Source of the DNA: Nemertoderma westbladi
Taxonomy: Eukaryota > Animalia > Xenacoelomorpha
DNA length: 64,000 nucleotides
Direction: 5' to 3'
Assembly: GCA_032718475.1 (NCBI GenBank)
Contig: JAUCBJ010008580.1
Span: 1-64,000 of the forward strand
The position numbers and the translations under genes are program-made. Each line of letters opens with the position of its first letter. Position 1 is the stretch's first letter. Positions 36,857-48,944 of this stretch are shown here, piece after piece. Under the pieces are notes generated by a model, which saw nothing but the letters and a program-made list of their open reading frames with translations, was not told the origin of the DNA and ran no database searches.

Positions 36857-37600
36857 GGGTCGGGGGCGTGTGATGTAATACCAGTCGAGGTTAATGAACT
36901 CATAACCTGACATGGGTGCCAGAAAATCATTATTACAATATTAACTGTAATTCTCAAGAATGATTATTTTCGCTCAGATTATTGACCTTCGGTTAATGTA
37001 TTATAAACATTAGGTGATGGGCTTATTGAGTTGGGATATTAGATAGGTATACCATATACTACTACTGTGTAGTTTATTGACCTATGTTTGATGTATTGTA
37101 AAACATCTGGTGACGGGTTAATTGAGTTGAGATATAGTTTATATCATTATCTTGGTGTAAAAAAGATTTATTGTTACCAACACCGATTGTGTTGGATTTA
37201 ATAATTTCAAAGATTAATATAGGTAACATTTATGTTTCTATAAATTATATTTTGAACTTACATATTATGTATCTTATATTGATACCACAACAGTATGTTT
37301 AGTATTGATCCAGTTCTTACACAAGATATGCGCGATTTCCCTGTACCAAAGAATCGAACAGACCTTAGATCCTTTATGGGATTAGCAAACCAATTGGGAG
37401 ATTTTGACCACAATTTAACAGCCATCCTAGAACCTCTACGTAGCTTAGACCGCAATCATTCCACCTTTACCTGGAACAGCATATCAACAAGCTTTCGATG
37501 CTGCGAAATGCCTTCTCTCTATGGATAAATTCCTCACCTAATATTCTCCAGACCGGCAAACACAAATCCACACAGACGCATCTCGAGAGGGGGGGCCTCG

Positions 37601-38696
37601 TGTTGCCGTTATTCCCGACACCATGGGGAAAACGCTGATGCTGGTGGCGGAATTTTCAGACCACTGGATTCCGGCGAGTCACCGGATATTGGAAATGGAG
37701 AAGGAGTCTTTATCTGAGATGCAAGATTGCAGTAGGAAAAAAGTCGCATTGGTTCGATATAATCGTTTAATGTAACTTTGAACCTTGATCAATACTGCAC
37801 CTTGATTGAGAATAATTTGGGCTTCCCCACACCAATATACCAAATATTCACAATAATACACGAACATATAAATTCCTACAGTACATTAATTAATTACCCA
37901 CTGTTCGCTTTAGATTTTAACCTAACTAATGTTCCCCATTTTCCCTCGGTCCTAGTCCCGGTACCGTAGTGTCGGCATCGGTCGACCCTGTTGCGTGTCC
38001 ATCCCACCCTTCCCGAACCCCGAAGGGATCGGTCATCAGGAAAGCGGTAGCTTGGCCAGGGGTCTGTCAGCCCGTTGTGAGTCCCAACTGTCGGTAGCTT
38101 TCTGAGTCCCTTTCAGGCTCGTAGTAATGCCGGTCGTGGAACCCACTCCAGGAAGGCAGTCCTCTTCGAACCATTCCTCCGTCTAGTCGGTCGATCCGTC
38201 GCAAGTCCCTGGCGTAGTCGGCAAGCTTTCTGAGTCCCTTTCAGGCTCGTAATAACTGCCGGTGACCAGGGACCGCTAAGGATCTGTCTGTCAGTTCCTG
38301 TCGCAAATCCCTGACGCAATCAGCAGACTTTCCGAATCCTTTTCAGACTCGTAACTGCTGTTGGCCAGGAACCGCTAAGGGCAGTCCTTGTCCCTAGGCC
38401 TAGCGGGTTACCAAAACTACCTCTACAGGCGGTAGGAAGTTGGCTAGGCCTAATTAATTAGTATCAGGTAACCCTGAGTACTGCTTGATTTTACCTCCCA
38501 CCCTTGGCCCTTAAATATATGATTTGAGTCCCGTGCCCCGTAAGTCGCCCCAATATTCGCCCATAAATCGCCCCCAGTCCATTGAAAATACCCAAATTCC
38601 ATGTTCCCGCACCCAGTACTGATATTGGAATATTCATTATAAATAAATCCGAAAAATATTCAACTAACGTTATGAAAAGTTGAAATACCGCGAACA
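37601..38696. mobile_element. Solo LTR (1096 bp) inserted in the Gypsy-A RNase H
   Basis: TGTTGCCG...CGCGAACA termini; TSD CCTCG (37596-37600, 38697-38701); flanks rejoin as TDASR..GLGFILSQ; internal ~125-bp repeats (GCTTTCTGAGTCCCTTTCAGGCTCGTA). Confidence 0.9.
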
Positions 38697-40208
38697 CCTC
38701 GGATTCATTCTTTCCCAGAAAGACCCCAGTGATGGTAAGTGGAAAACGGTTCAGTGCGGTTCCCGACGATTGACATCAGCAGAAAAAAATTGGGACATAA
38801 TCGAATTGGAGTGTTTGGCAGTCACATGGGGGGTACTTAAATGTCATATGAATCTGGATGGTCTCAACCACTTCACCATACACACTGATCACCTGCCTTT
38901 AATACCTATACTGAATAACAAACGCTTAGATCAAATCAATAATATTCGACTATTAAAAATGCGCACAAATCTCGACAGATTTAATTTCACAGCACACCAT
39001 GTCCCTGGAAAATGGCACTCAGCTGCTGATGCGCTATCTCGGTTGGAGCTCCATGATCCTAAAAGTAATGATATAATTATCAGAGATGACATAGACCATG
39101 ACCCAATGATTAATATTGCTATATCTGCCCTCCAGCAAGATGTTGTCCCTGCGAATATTTCGATAGACCGTATCCAACAAGCTGGTGACAATGATGCCAT
39201 ACACCGCCATTTAAAGCATTACATTCAAATCGGATTCCCTGAACATAAAATGAAACTAGAGGAGGAAATACGACCATACTGGCATGCCAGGTCCGAACTC
39301 TTTACTGACAACACTGGCATTATACTATTCGGACACCGTCTTGTTATTCCCAGATCTGAAAGATCTCGTATTCTAGAAATACTACATTCATCACATCAAG
39401 GACAAACAAAAACCCTTGAGTGCGCAGCTACCTCCGTCTGGCGGCCTGGCATCAGTAATGATATACTGCATACTATGGAGAAATGCTATTGCGCCGAATT
39501 CCGACTGTCACTTGCCAAAGAACACTTACAATACCACGAACCTGCTACCTGACCAATAGAAAGGATCCATGCTGACCTTTTCCAAGTTAACGGATGTCAC
39601 TTCCTTGCAACTATTGACGAATTTACCAAATGGCCTAATGTACATGATTGCAGAAATCATACAACCTCTAAGATTATTCCAGACCAGCTACTCAGTGACT
39701 TTCAATTGCTATGTCTGCCATGCATTATACAGTCAGATGGTGGTTCCCCATTCAACAGCACCAACTACAGCTAATTATTACAACGACGGGACATTAAACA
39801 GGAAATTACTTCACCAAGGATGCCAAGAACCAATGGGTTGGTGGAAAATAATGTTAAAACCTGCAAAAAACTTATTCGTGCATGCTGGGATCCTAGCCAC
39901 ATCACTGTGAATAAATAATCATTTACCCAGTGTTTAATTGCTTTAAGAAATTCCAACAGTGATGGTGGTGTGGCTCCATTGGAGAAACTTATGGGGTCAC
40001 GCCTCCGGGAACTCCTTCGAAGACATGAGCTTGCTTCTGCTATTGACTTCAATAATCGTATCGAGCGCCAAGCTACATCCAATCATAGGAAAGAAATACG
40101 CCAAGATCAATACAACACTCATTCCAAACCATTAAACGAACTACATAGTGGTACACAAGTTTGGGTGCAAGATGCTATTACTAAGCGTTAGTGTCATGAT
40201 GACACCAT

Positions 40209-43200
40209 TGTTCGCGCTTTTAGACCTTTAGCAGTTTAACCTGCCAAATTTAATTGTCTTTTTGTATATCAATTATTTAATGTACTGAAGTTACATCAGC
40301 CGAAGCCAGCCTGTGCGCGACCATTCACCCATAGTTAAGGGAGACTGGATTCGGATGCTTTGATAGTGATTGCAGTGTAGACCTACTGTATTATTCGATT
40401 GATCGTTAATATATAATCTCTGACAATATATTCACTTTCGGGGAAATATTAACAGTTCCTTTAGGACGTGGCGCTTTAAGTATAAAACAGAGTTATGACT
40501 TATACTAATCACAACTGGATGGCTACTGAGTTTCGTAAAAAGCGCATTCTTTAGGAGATGCTTTATTAACCTTCACACTACTTCACACGACTTCACACTA
40601 GTTCACACTACTGCGCACTGATCTGCCGACCGTCACTGAATTTGATCATATATAAGGAGGATCGCAACTGACACATGTAGGGATTATGAAATAGCATTTA
40701 ATTCACACAAAAACCACTATAATGTAAGTCGCAGTTGCTACCGGTAAACCTGTTCCTCTAACCTTTAGTAATCAAGAAGATTGGGGTTTTTATGATTATT
40801 CATCGGTATTCTCCAAATATATCAGCAATATACACCAACATAACACCAATTAATAACAGAATCAAATAATGCGGTGAACAGTCAGTATGTGTTACTTATG
40901 CAGTGTTCCATGTGCAGCAATGCATGAATTGCGGTGTGATGCGGTAGTTGAATCGCGTTGCGTAGTGCCGCGTTAATAGTTTTACGTTCTTGTAATCAAA
41001 GCCATCTGATGTTTCTGATGTTTAGGTCAAAGTCTGAAACTTCCAACACAGAAGTACAGAAGAATTTCCAAGCAGTTCTCTCGCTCAGAAAGGTAAACAA
41101 AGACAGTAAGGCATTGCGTGGTTTTCCGTAGGCCTCTGTACAAGATAAAATGAAAATCGCTCTGATTGGCCGAGCCTGAACAAAGAGAGGCTCCACGTGT
41201 ACAGTAAATCAGCTGGCAGATTTCGTCATCGGAGTTCCAGTCTTTTAGAGTATTAGGCGTATTGCGTCAGAAAATGGCTTGTTATGTCCGCTAAAACACC
41301 TACAAGGTACATTGCGGAGAAAATGGCTTGTTATGTCCGCTAAAACAACTACACAGTTCATTGCGGAGAAAAATGACTTGTTTTATCCGCAAAAGCTTTT
41401 ACACCGCTCCCAGAAAATGGGATTTAATTCTATAAAATATAAAAAATCACAGTTTCTAAAATATAAAAATACTCTAAACAGTTAGTTCTTCTTACGTGAA
41501 TGGCGTTTACGCAGTTTTTTGAGGCTAGCAAGAGTCCTTTTCTCTTTGGGGCGAGCCACTTTACTTGGAGGGCTATAACTCCTAGGTGAAGGGTGCAATA
41601 CAATTGCATCAGAAGGTTTAGGGTTACGGTCGGTGTATCCGCCGGTCGAGGTACCCGGTTGATCGGTATCAACCTCAGCGGAACGAGGTCGAACAACCTT
41701 GAGAGCGCGTTTTAAGACAGCAGCTCTTACTGGTCCCTAACGGGTCGTTTGCACAAGAGCGGTAGGTGGACCGTGTGTAGTAAGAAATTTCCTCGGTTTG
41801 ATGGTTCTTTCCAACTCGCTCTCGGGCTCTATCGGAATCGATATGCTTCTCCTCGAGCTGATTTTCCTCCGCTTGTCGTAGGAAGCATTCGTCCAAAACT
41901 CTTTCAGAGAGTAGGGTCGTCCAAGTTCGATATCTTCTTAGAGATTCTGGATTTCCCGATTAAACTGAGATAAAGCTGATTCGTTTACCGCTTGGACTTG
42001 CTGCTGCAATTTACGTTTCTCTAAACAATCGTAGGTTCCTTTTTCGATCTTTTGTCGAATAGTGTCTAACACGTTTCGTACAACTCTCTCCTCCACCTCG
42101 GTGACAGGTTGTATCGGGGTTAAACCGGGACGATTAGACGGGTTGAACGGCGATATTAAATGTCCGCGTCCCAATCCGGCTAGGTAGGATGGGCGAATAT
42201 CTAGGGAGCCCACAACCGGAGTGCCACTGACTAATTGTTCGGGTAACACTAGATCTTTGAACAATGAGCACAGCTCAGGAGGATCCATCATACTATTAGG
42301 ATCAAGAGTCTGAGGTTTCACCAGGGAATGAGGAGGTCTGACCGAGTATTCCGGAACTCCAATCAGAGGTTTATTTAAGGATCGTTTGAGTCGAGCGAGC
42401 GTAGGTGATAAGTCGAACAAGTTTCGCTCGAAACTCCCGTAAATATAGCAAGTAAAACTGTGTTTAGCGCAACGTCTCCGCGGATGTTTATGTCTTTCCG
42501 GTCTGTTGGTTGGGTCTAGGGCATTCATCGTAATAATACCAAAGACGCACGTCTTGTAGGGGAAACGCTGGTGATCTTTCTCCAGTTTTACAATGTCTCT
42601 CTCAAGAATTCCAAATATACGTTGAAGTCACTGCGTTTATCCGGTTCTTTAACGTCTTCTCTTTCGAGTTGGTTTCGAATAGAATTTTCGTGTTCGATTC
42701 TCAGTTTATCGTTCCGACTCCGCTGGGTATGATATTTAAATAGGATCATTTCCCTTTCGGTGTCTACATCGTCCATATCGTGTAAATCGATAGGATGGCC
42801 AGTAGTAAAGAAGTCTATATATGTACCATTACGATGCGTATAGCGAGCGGTGAATTTTCTATAGTCCAATTCACGCGTGAGCTGTTCCTTTGACATTGGC
42901 GGTTCGATATAACGGCCATCGTCCTCCGTAGTGGGTGGACTAGCGTCGCCGCGTATTAAACTATCAACAAACGCTTGCAATGGTAGGGTATATCGCTCCC
43001 TGATTCCAAGATCATCTTCTATCAACTCAGTCATAGCTGCTATATGAGTTTATCGATATTATAATTAATTATAATTTAGGCTAGCGGTCGTTGCTGCCTC
43101 CCCCTCAATGCCCCCGGACAGCGCAAGCTCCTCAGCGCTGATGTACTGTCGCCGCTGTGTCTATCGCCAACATAGTAGCTACACAATGACAACAACAACC

Positions 43201-45280
43201 AGCGCGAGTCACTCCACTGTCCGTCCCAAGGGCTTAGATTTACTTCAGGTTCTTACTGCAGAGGTAGGGCTACTTTCACAACTGCGACTCGCTACTGTAA
43301 ACACACTTTAGTAGTAACATTCACCTATAAACGCACAAATTCCACACAACTGTCACAAATTGTACACATTCGGGCCATTTGTCCGTTAGTCAAGTGCCTT
43401 CCAGAATGCCACGTTATTATTATGTATCCCTGGATACTAGCAGTGCGCTATTTATTCCGTATGCTATTCAATGGGGCAAGCTTTCTATTATTCTTTTAAC
43501 TCGCTTCTAATTCTAGCGTGGTTGTTGCTATGGTGACATTATGGAAAGCTAGCAGTAGAATTAGGGTAATTCTCATGCATACAGATCTGGGATGCTATTT
43601 AATAGTAATTCTTTAATTGTCAATATTCCCCCTTATACATGATTTTATGAATTTTATCGGCTATTGACTATATATTGGAGATTCTCTCACGCTAATATAC
43701 TTAATAGGGTGAATCTCCGCTCCCATGATCTATTAATTAATGAAATTTTGGGAATGTTATAAATTGTATAAAATGACAATTTATCAAATTCATGAGAAGA
43801 TATGAATTTAAATTTATTCCCGTAAATTTTATTATTTAATATTAAAATAGACCAATTTTATCCAGACATGTCTGGGGACTAGGATCCTTAATTCTAGGAA
43901 ATTTGTCTTTTTAAGAGTATCGGTAAGTGCTACGATATCTTAATCGACTAGAATTCTAAAGGATCTGAATTTTAACAGATTTTGATTTATAGATTTTCTT
44001 GGTTTACAAACTCCTTAGAGTTTATTGGTCTGCATTTACTCTATTATAACATTTGTTTTAATAGATTTTTGTAAATATTAAATAGTTAATATTTAAGATG
44101 GGCACCGATTTATTCCAGAACTTGTCTGGGGACGTTAACCACTGATTCTAGAATTTTGTCTTTCAAGTATATCGGTGGGTGCCACGATATCTTAATCGAC
44201 TAGAATTACAGATGGTCAAAGGGTTTAACAGATTTATTTTGCGTTTCACGCTACTGTTAAAGGGACATCACACTACTATATGTATTATTTAATATATGGT
44301 ATGAGAGCAATATTGCAAGAAGCAATGTCAGTGAGAAGAGGCAAGTCGTTTCCAAGGTCTACCCAGAGCTTGGTTTAGCCGAGACACGAGGATCTGAACT
44401 TTGCATTCCTAATACTCTACTTACCAATAATACTTGAGTATAGTAGGAGCTTTATTGTACTTTAATAAGTACGGACATTTCATCTTACTGCAGTCACGTA
44501 TTTATAATATGATACGGACAGTAAGGAAAGAGAAAAGAATTATTTCTCGCCGTTGCACTAAATATATAATGTTAAGTAATTAATTAATAAACACGAGTAT
44601 ATATTGCACTAATTCTACTAAATAATCGCTAAAATAACATTCTACTAAATAAAATTAAAGAAAATGATTATAATAATAAAATTACGTAATAATACATACA
44701 TAAATATAAAAATAATAAAAATATATAAAATAATGTAGTCACACACCCACTCCAGACGCTGTTACGTTGGGGAGTCCCTAGATGTTTGTTGGATTAGGGA
44801 GGTGGTCGTGGGAAGAGTATCTTGCCTTCCATAGTTTCCGGATAGTTCTCGGTCTCTTTCCAGTAAACATAAACGACCAACTGGGCGATTGAGTTGTTGT
44901 GTTTCGAATAAAGTTCCAGGTTTCTTCTTCGTCCTGGAATAGTGACGATGGAAACATCGCTTCAAATACACGACGGCCTTAGAAAGCCGATTCCAGGAGC
45001 TATAGTGGTTTATTGCTCTCTGCAGGAGAGGTGAGAGCCCCTGCGAGACGTCTGGTGTTCCAGATTTCCAGTCTCTTTCTCTGATTTCCACAACAGATTT
45101 ATTTGTGGCGGGGAGTTTAGATCCACAGCGTCGTCCCCTGAAATGTGTAGTACAGACAGATCAATCATGGGTTTAAATAACATTGATTTACTCGTCCGGG
45201 TTTTAGGTTTGACTTTCTCCGCTCCCTTGGCTTGTCTAATCTCAGCCGTGGTGAGATGAGGAGGCCATTCATCCTCTTCT
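40209..45280 (-). mobile_element. Internally deleted, 5'-truncated copy of the BEL-1 family (BEL copy 3)
   Basis: 3' LTR 40209-41403 (type A-like), PPT, accessory-ORF remnants 41480-43034, spacer and pol remnant 44762-45280, collinear with 7757-15720 apart from three deletions. Confidence 0.93.
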
Positions 45281-45284
45281 GCTT

Positions 45285-46541
45285 GTGGTAGCTGCCAAAA
45301 TATACAATAAAATGATTCTATATAGGATTAGGCCTCACATAGAGAAACTACTGCGTAAGAGCCAAAACGGATTTCGACCAAGTAGATCAACAATAGCTCA
45401 GATACTTGCACTACGGAGACTGATTGAAGGAATCAAGTCAAAGAATCTCCCCGCAGTCATGACTTTTGTGGACTTCAAGAAGGAATTCGACTCCATCCAT
45501 AGAGGTAAAATGCTTGAAATCCTAAGAGCTTATGGAATACCAGAAGTAATTGTTGCTGGCATTGGATTGCTATATTGTGACACAGAAGCGCAGGTACTCT
45601 CACCAGATGGTGAAACTGAGTTTTTCTCAATCCTGGCTGGCGTACTGCAAGGTGACACATTAGCACCATTACTATTTGTAATTGTGCTGGATTACGCAAT
45701 GAGGACGGCCACAAAGGGTGAAGATCTGGGATTCACACTTCAAGAACGCAGAAGTAGTAGATATCCGGCAACTACAGTCACAGACACCGACTTTGCGGAT
45801 GACATCGCCCTGCTCTCTAATACGCTAGCAGATGCACAGCTTCTACTAAATAAAGTGGAGAGGGCTGCTAAGGAGGTTGGATTGCATATAAATGCTACCA
45901 AGACCGAATTCATGACCTTTAATGTTGATGGAAACTTGACAACCATTGATAATGATAATAATCAACTAAGGCAGGTCGATGACTTCCAGTACCTTGGATC
46001 ATGGATAGAGAGTAGCAAAAAGGACATAGAAGTTAGGAAAGCAAAGGCTTGGGTAGCTCTATCAAAAATGGATACCATCTGGAAATCAGATCTCTCCAGG
46101 CACCTGAAGACCAAGTTCTTTCGAGCCACAGTGGAAAGTGTATTTTTATATGGGGGTGAGACCTGGACACTGACTAAATCACTTGAACAACGAATTGATG
46201 GTTGCTACACAAGACTACTAAGGGCAGCCCTAAACATCATCTGGAGACAACACATGACAAACGCCGAGCTTTATGGTACAATACCACCTGTATCAACCAC
46301 CCTCCGTGAACGCAGATTAAGATTCAGTGGGCACTGCTGGCGAAGTAAAGACGAGGTCATACCAGATCTACTTCTCTGGCAACCAACTCATGGAAAGCGT
46401 AGTCGTGGACGACCTGCCATAACATATATAGATCAACTTGAAAGGGATACTGAACTTGGGAGAAACGAAATTGCGACAACTATGGAGAATCGGGAAGCCT
46501 GGAAGGATCTCATTTCCACTGTCCGAGTTCGCTCGACCTAG
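45285..46541 (+). CDS. RT ORF (418 aa) of a 5'-truncated RTE-clade LINE spanning about 45281-46558
   Basis: QNGFRP, FVDFKK, GVLQGDTLAP, DTDFADD, FQYLGS, RLRFSGHC; the TAG stop is the first unit of a (TAG)n tail; no TSD found. Confidence 0.93.
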   Translation: MVAAKIYNKMILYRIRPHIEKLLRKSQNGFRPSRSTIAQILALRRLIEGIKSKNLPAVMTFVDFKKEFDSIHRGKMLEILRAYGIPEVIVAGIGLLYCDTEAQVLSPDGETEFFSILAGVLQGDTLAPLLFVIVLDYAMRTATKGEDLGFTLQERRSSRYPATTVTDTDFADDIALLSNTLADAQLLLNKVERAAKEVGLHINATKTEFMTFNVDGNLTTIDNDNNQLRQVDDFQYLGSWIESSKKDIEVRKAKAWVALSKMDTIWKSDLSRHLKTKFFRATVESVFLYGGETWTLTKSLEQRIDGCYTRLLRAALNIIWRQHMTNAELYGTIPPVSTTLRERRLRFSGHCWRSKDEVIPDLLLWQPTHGKRSRGRPAITYIDQLERDTELGRNEIATTMENREAWKDLISTVRVRST

Positions 46542-46554
46542 TAGTAGAGTAGTA

Positions 46555-47290
46555 GTAGAGAAGATGTTAATTTTCAGATAATACACCCTCTAGCGGCAGA
46601 CTATGGAACTGCAGACGGCTGGATATAGGTAAGAGTAATTAGTAATCAGAGGTGTCACGAGAGGGGGGCGGGGCGCTTGGATCCAACTATTATTAAAAAC
46701 CTGTTGCTTGGTTAAATCTAATTGGGGGTCATAGGTCAACGATACAACTGTCTGGTTATAGATAAGAGTAATTACAGTAGTTGCCAGTAAGGGAGCTGTA
46801 TACTCTAAGGCTAAGTATAACGAGTTGAAAGTCAATGAGGTCATTTAGCAACGGTAAGTAATATATAAAATAATTAATGTTAAAACTAAAAAAGGAAAAC
46901 AATATTATAAAGTAAAAGTAATACAAACAAATAAATTAAAATTTAATACAAATAAATAAGTATTAATAAATAAAAGAACCGTGGTGTCACTTATGACACC
47001 CTCTTGGGCAGCTTTGCGACAGTTGGACATCACTGATAACCATTGCGTGTCGGGGCGCTAATCGGTCTAATTTAATTAGGATAATCAATTAAACCCTATT
47101 TAGGAGTCATAAGACACCTTTTAGGGTTTAATTGTACTAATTAATTGATGACACCAGTCAATTAGCCTAATTAGGAGGTGTCACTCAGACAGTCTGGCGC
47201 CAATGACACCCAATGACACCCATAGGGTGACATTGGGTGTCACCCAGAAAGTCTGGCGCCAGTCAGTTAGGTCCAAGTGTCGCAAAGCCG
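46555..47290. mobile_element. Second, inverted copy of the host repeat seen at 1-2340
   Basis: Reverse-complement match to 1-469 plus 2142-2340. Confidence 0.85.
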
Positions 47291-47298
47291 GCCAATTG

Positions 47299-47668
47299 TA
47301 TACTTATTTTGTTTGTGGCTGGCTGAGTTTGTGGCTAGAATGTTTGAACGCTAATAAGTCGGTCAATAACGAATCAAATAGAACCAAACTTGGTACACAT
47401 GTAGTCTATTTAGAAATTTAGAAATTATACACAAAGACAGACTTCTATAGTTCCCCAGTCAGACGCTAGGGGGCGTATTGACAGAAACGTAAAAGTAGCT
47501 GTAATAGAACCAAACTTCAGATGCATATGAAATTTGGTTGTAGTAACCTACGAGCATTGCTTAATTAGAAATTTTACACACAGACAGACTTTTACAGTTC
47601 CTCTGTCTGCTGCTAGGGGGCGAATTGTCCGAGCTCAAGTTCATTGTGCTTAGCACGGTTTAATTAGT
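47299..47668 (+). mobile_element. Short Helitron/Helentron-like non-autonomous element
   Basis: GTTTGTGGCT microsatellite-like start, ACCAAACTTGGTACAC, two GCTAGGGGGCG units, terminal hairpin GTGCT-T-AGCAC followed by TTAGT. Confidence 0.5.
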
Positions 47669-47871
47669 AAAATGGTCGGGCAGTTTATATGAGAAATAAA
47701 ATTAACAATAAATGCAAAATATAATAAAATAATAAAACAACACAAAGCGAGCATCTGCAGGAGGAGTTACCTAAAGAGTACAATAAAAGTGCATTAACGG
47801 CACACAAAATATAGCAGGGGAAATTCGTTAATTTGGTGTGCAAAACCAGATCAGGCGAAATTAGAAGACAT

Positions 47872-48650
47872 TTAACCAATCCTATTAAAACCAGGGGGCG
47901 GGGTTGTGCCAATATGAACCCCCGCCCCCCGAGATATTTTTTGTTATAACACTGAAAAAAACACAGTTTGGAATCTGAAATTTTATGACTTTTACTAAAA
48001 TCGATTGTCTTCCTAATAGTGGAAACGGATTTCAAAAATATTAGGAAGTTTTTGAGTTACAGCACCATTTTTAACACAACTTTTAGCACTTTTTATTTAA
48101 GACGTTTTTTGAATATTTCATTTCATGAAATCTGATTTGTAACATCTCCATTTTTTATTTACACCGGTTTTTTGTTGTTTGCAATTAGACAGAATTCACA
48201 TAAATTAATTTCGAAATTTCAGACTTGTTTTTTCTGTGGGTGCCAAATGGTGCCAGTACCAAATTTTGAAATATGTCAATTTTGTAAATTAATTTTATGA
48301 AGAGGTTTTTGGGATTCTGGTTTCGATAGAATATATAGGAGATGCACCAGCCATCTCAAACTTGTATTTTTCTGTGCTCTGTGCAAAATTTGGTGCCAGC
48401 ACGACATTTTGAAAATCCATTCAGTAGTTCAATTGATTGTGATAACTTATTTCTCGCATTTTATAGGTTTTTGGATATGGGTTCTGAATTCAATTGAATA
48501 AATAATTTTCTAACTAGACATCTGAAACTTGTATTTGTCGGAAGTGGGTATAAAATTTGGTGCCAGCACCAATATTATATCAATTGATAGTATCACCTTG
48601 TTTTTTTGCGTTTTACGGGTTTGTGAGGGTTCTAATTTAAATGGAACATG
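47872..48650. mobile_element. Truncated relative of the piggyBac-like element at 25582-27173
   Basis: Collinear similarity to about 25578-26540 (CCTATTAAA.CC, GGAATCTGAAATTTTATGA, TGGTGCCAGCAC). Confidence 0.8.
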
Positions 48651-48944
48651 ACCTACTTACTACTGTATATATACTGTACGACCATGAAAGCTGCATTCTA
48701 CCTACTAAATTTAGTAGGCACACGTTTTCAAAATTATTTTTCATATATTTGAAGGATTTTATAATAAAAGTCTTCTAGAACATTTTTTTATGATTCATTT
48801 CAATAGTCAAGTATTATAATTTTGAAACAACTTATTTTAATAGCTATTTTTATGTATTATTGGTAATTGCCAGTTCTACTTTGTTGGTGCGTACCTACTG
48901 TAAGCCACCTCCTGGAATATTGTGTCTTAAATTCAGTGACTTAA

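Larger units (their letters stand above)
31112..37292 (+). mobile_element. Full-length Gypsy (Mag-like) LTR retrotransposon, Gypsy-B
   Basis: 424-bp TG...CA LTRs at 31112-31535 and 36869-37292 (about 4 differences by eye), TSD GTATG (31107-31111, 37293-37297), PBS-like TTGCGCAGT, PPT AAGGGTCGGGGGCG. Confidence 0.96.
28510..40208 (+). mobile_element. Old degenerate Gypsy (Mag-like) element, Gypsy-A, interrupted by Gypsy-B, a solo LTR and BEL copy 3; 3' end lost
   Basis: Gag 28971-29399 (RKLLEKGNDLTIDEAIRIC) and CDNCGSFGHFRAVC; RT fragments 30400-31110 (WISPMVAVP, LDGLKGY); 37298-37600 (LRSFMGLANQL, HTDASR); RNase H 38697-39552 (IELECLAV, TDHLPL, AADALSR); integrase fragments to 40208. Putative 5' LTR about 28510-28789 is unconfirmed. 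Confidence 0.85.

Noticed and set aside
1-47210. Inverted copies at 1-2340 and 46555-47210 as terminal inverted repeats of one giant element
   Set aside because: The copies differ by many substitutions and indels, the left end is outside the window, and dispersed repeat copies explain them more simply.
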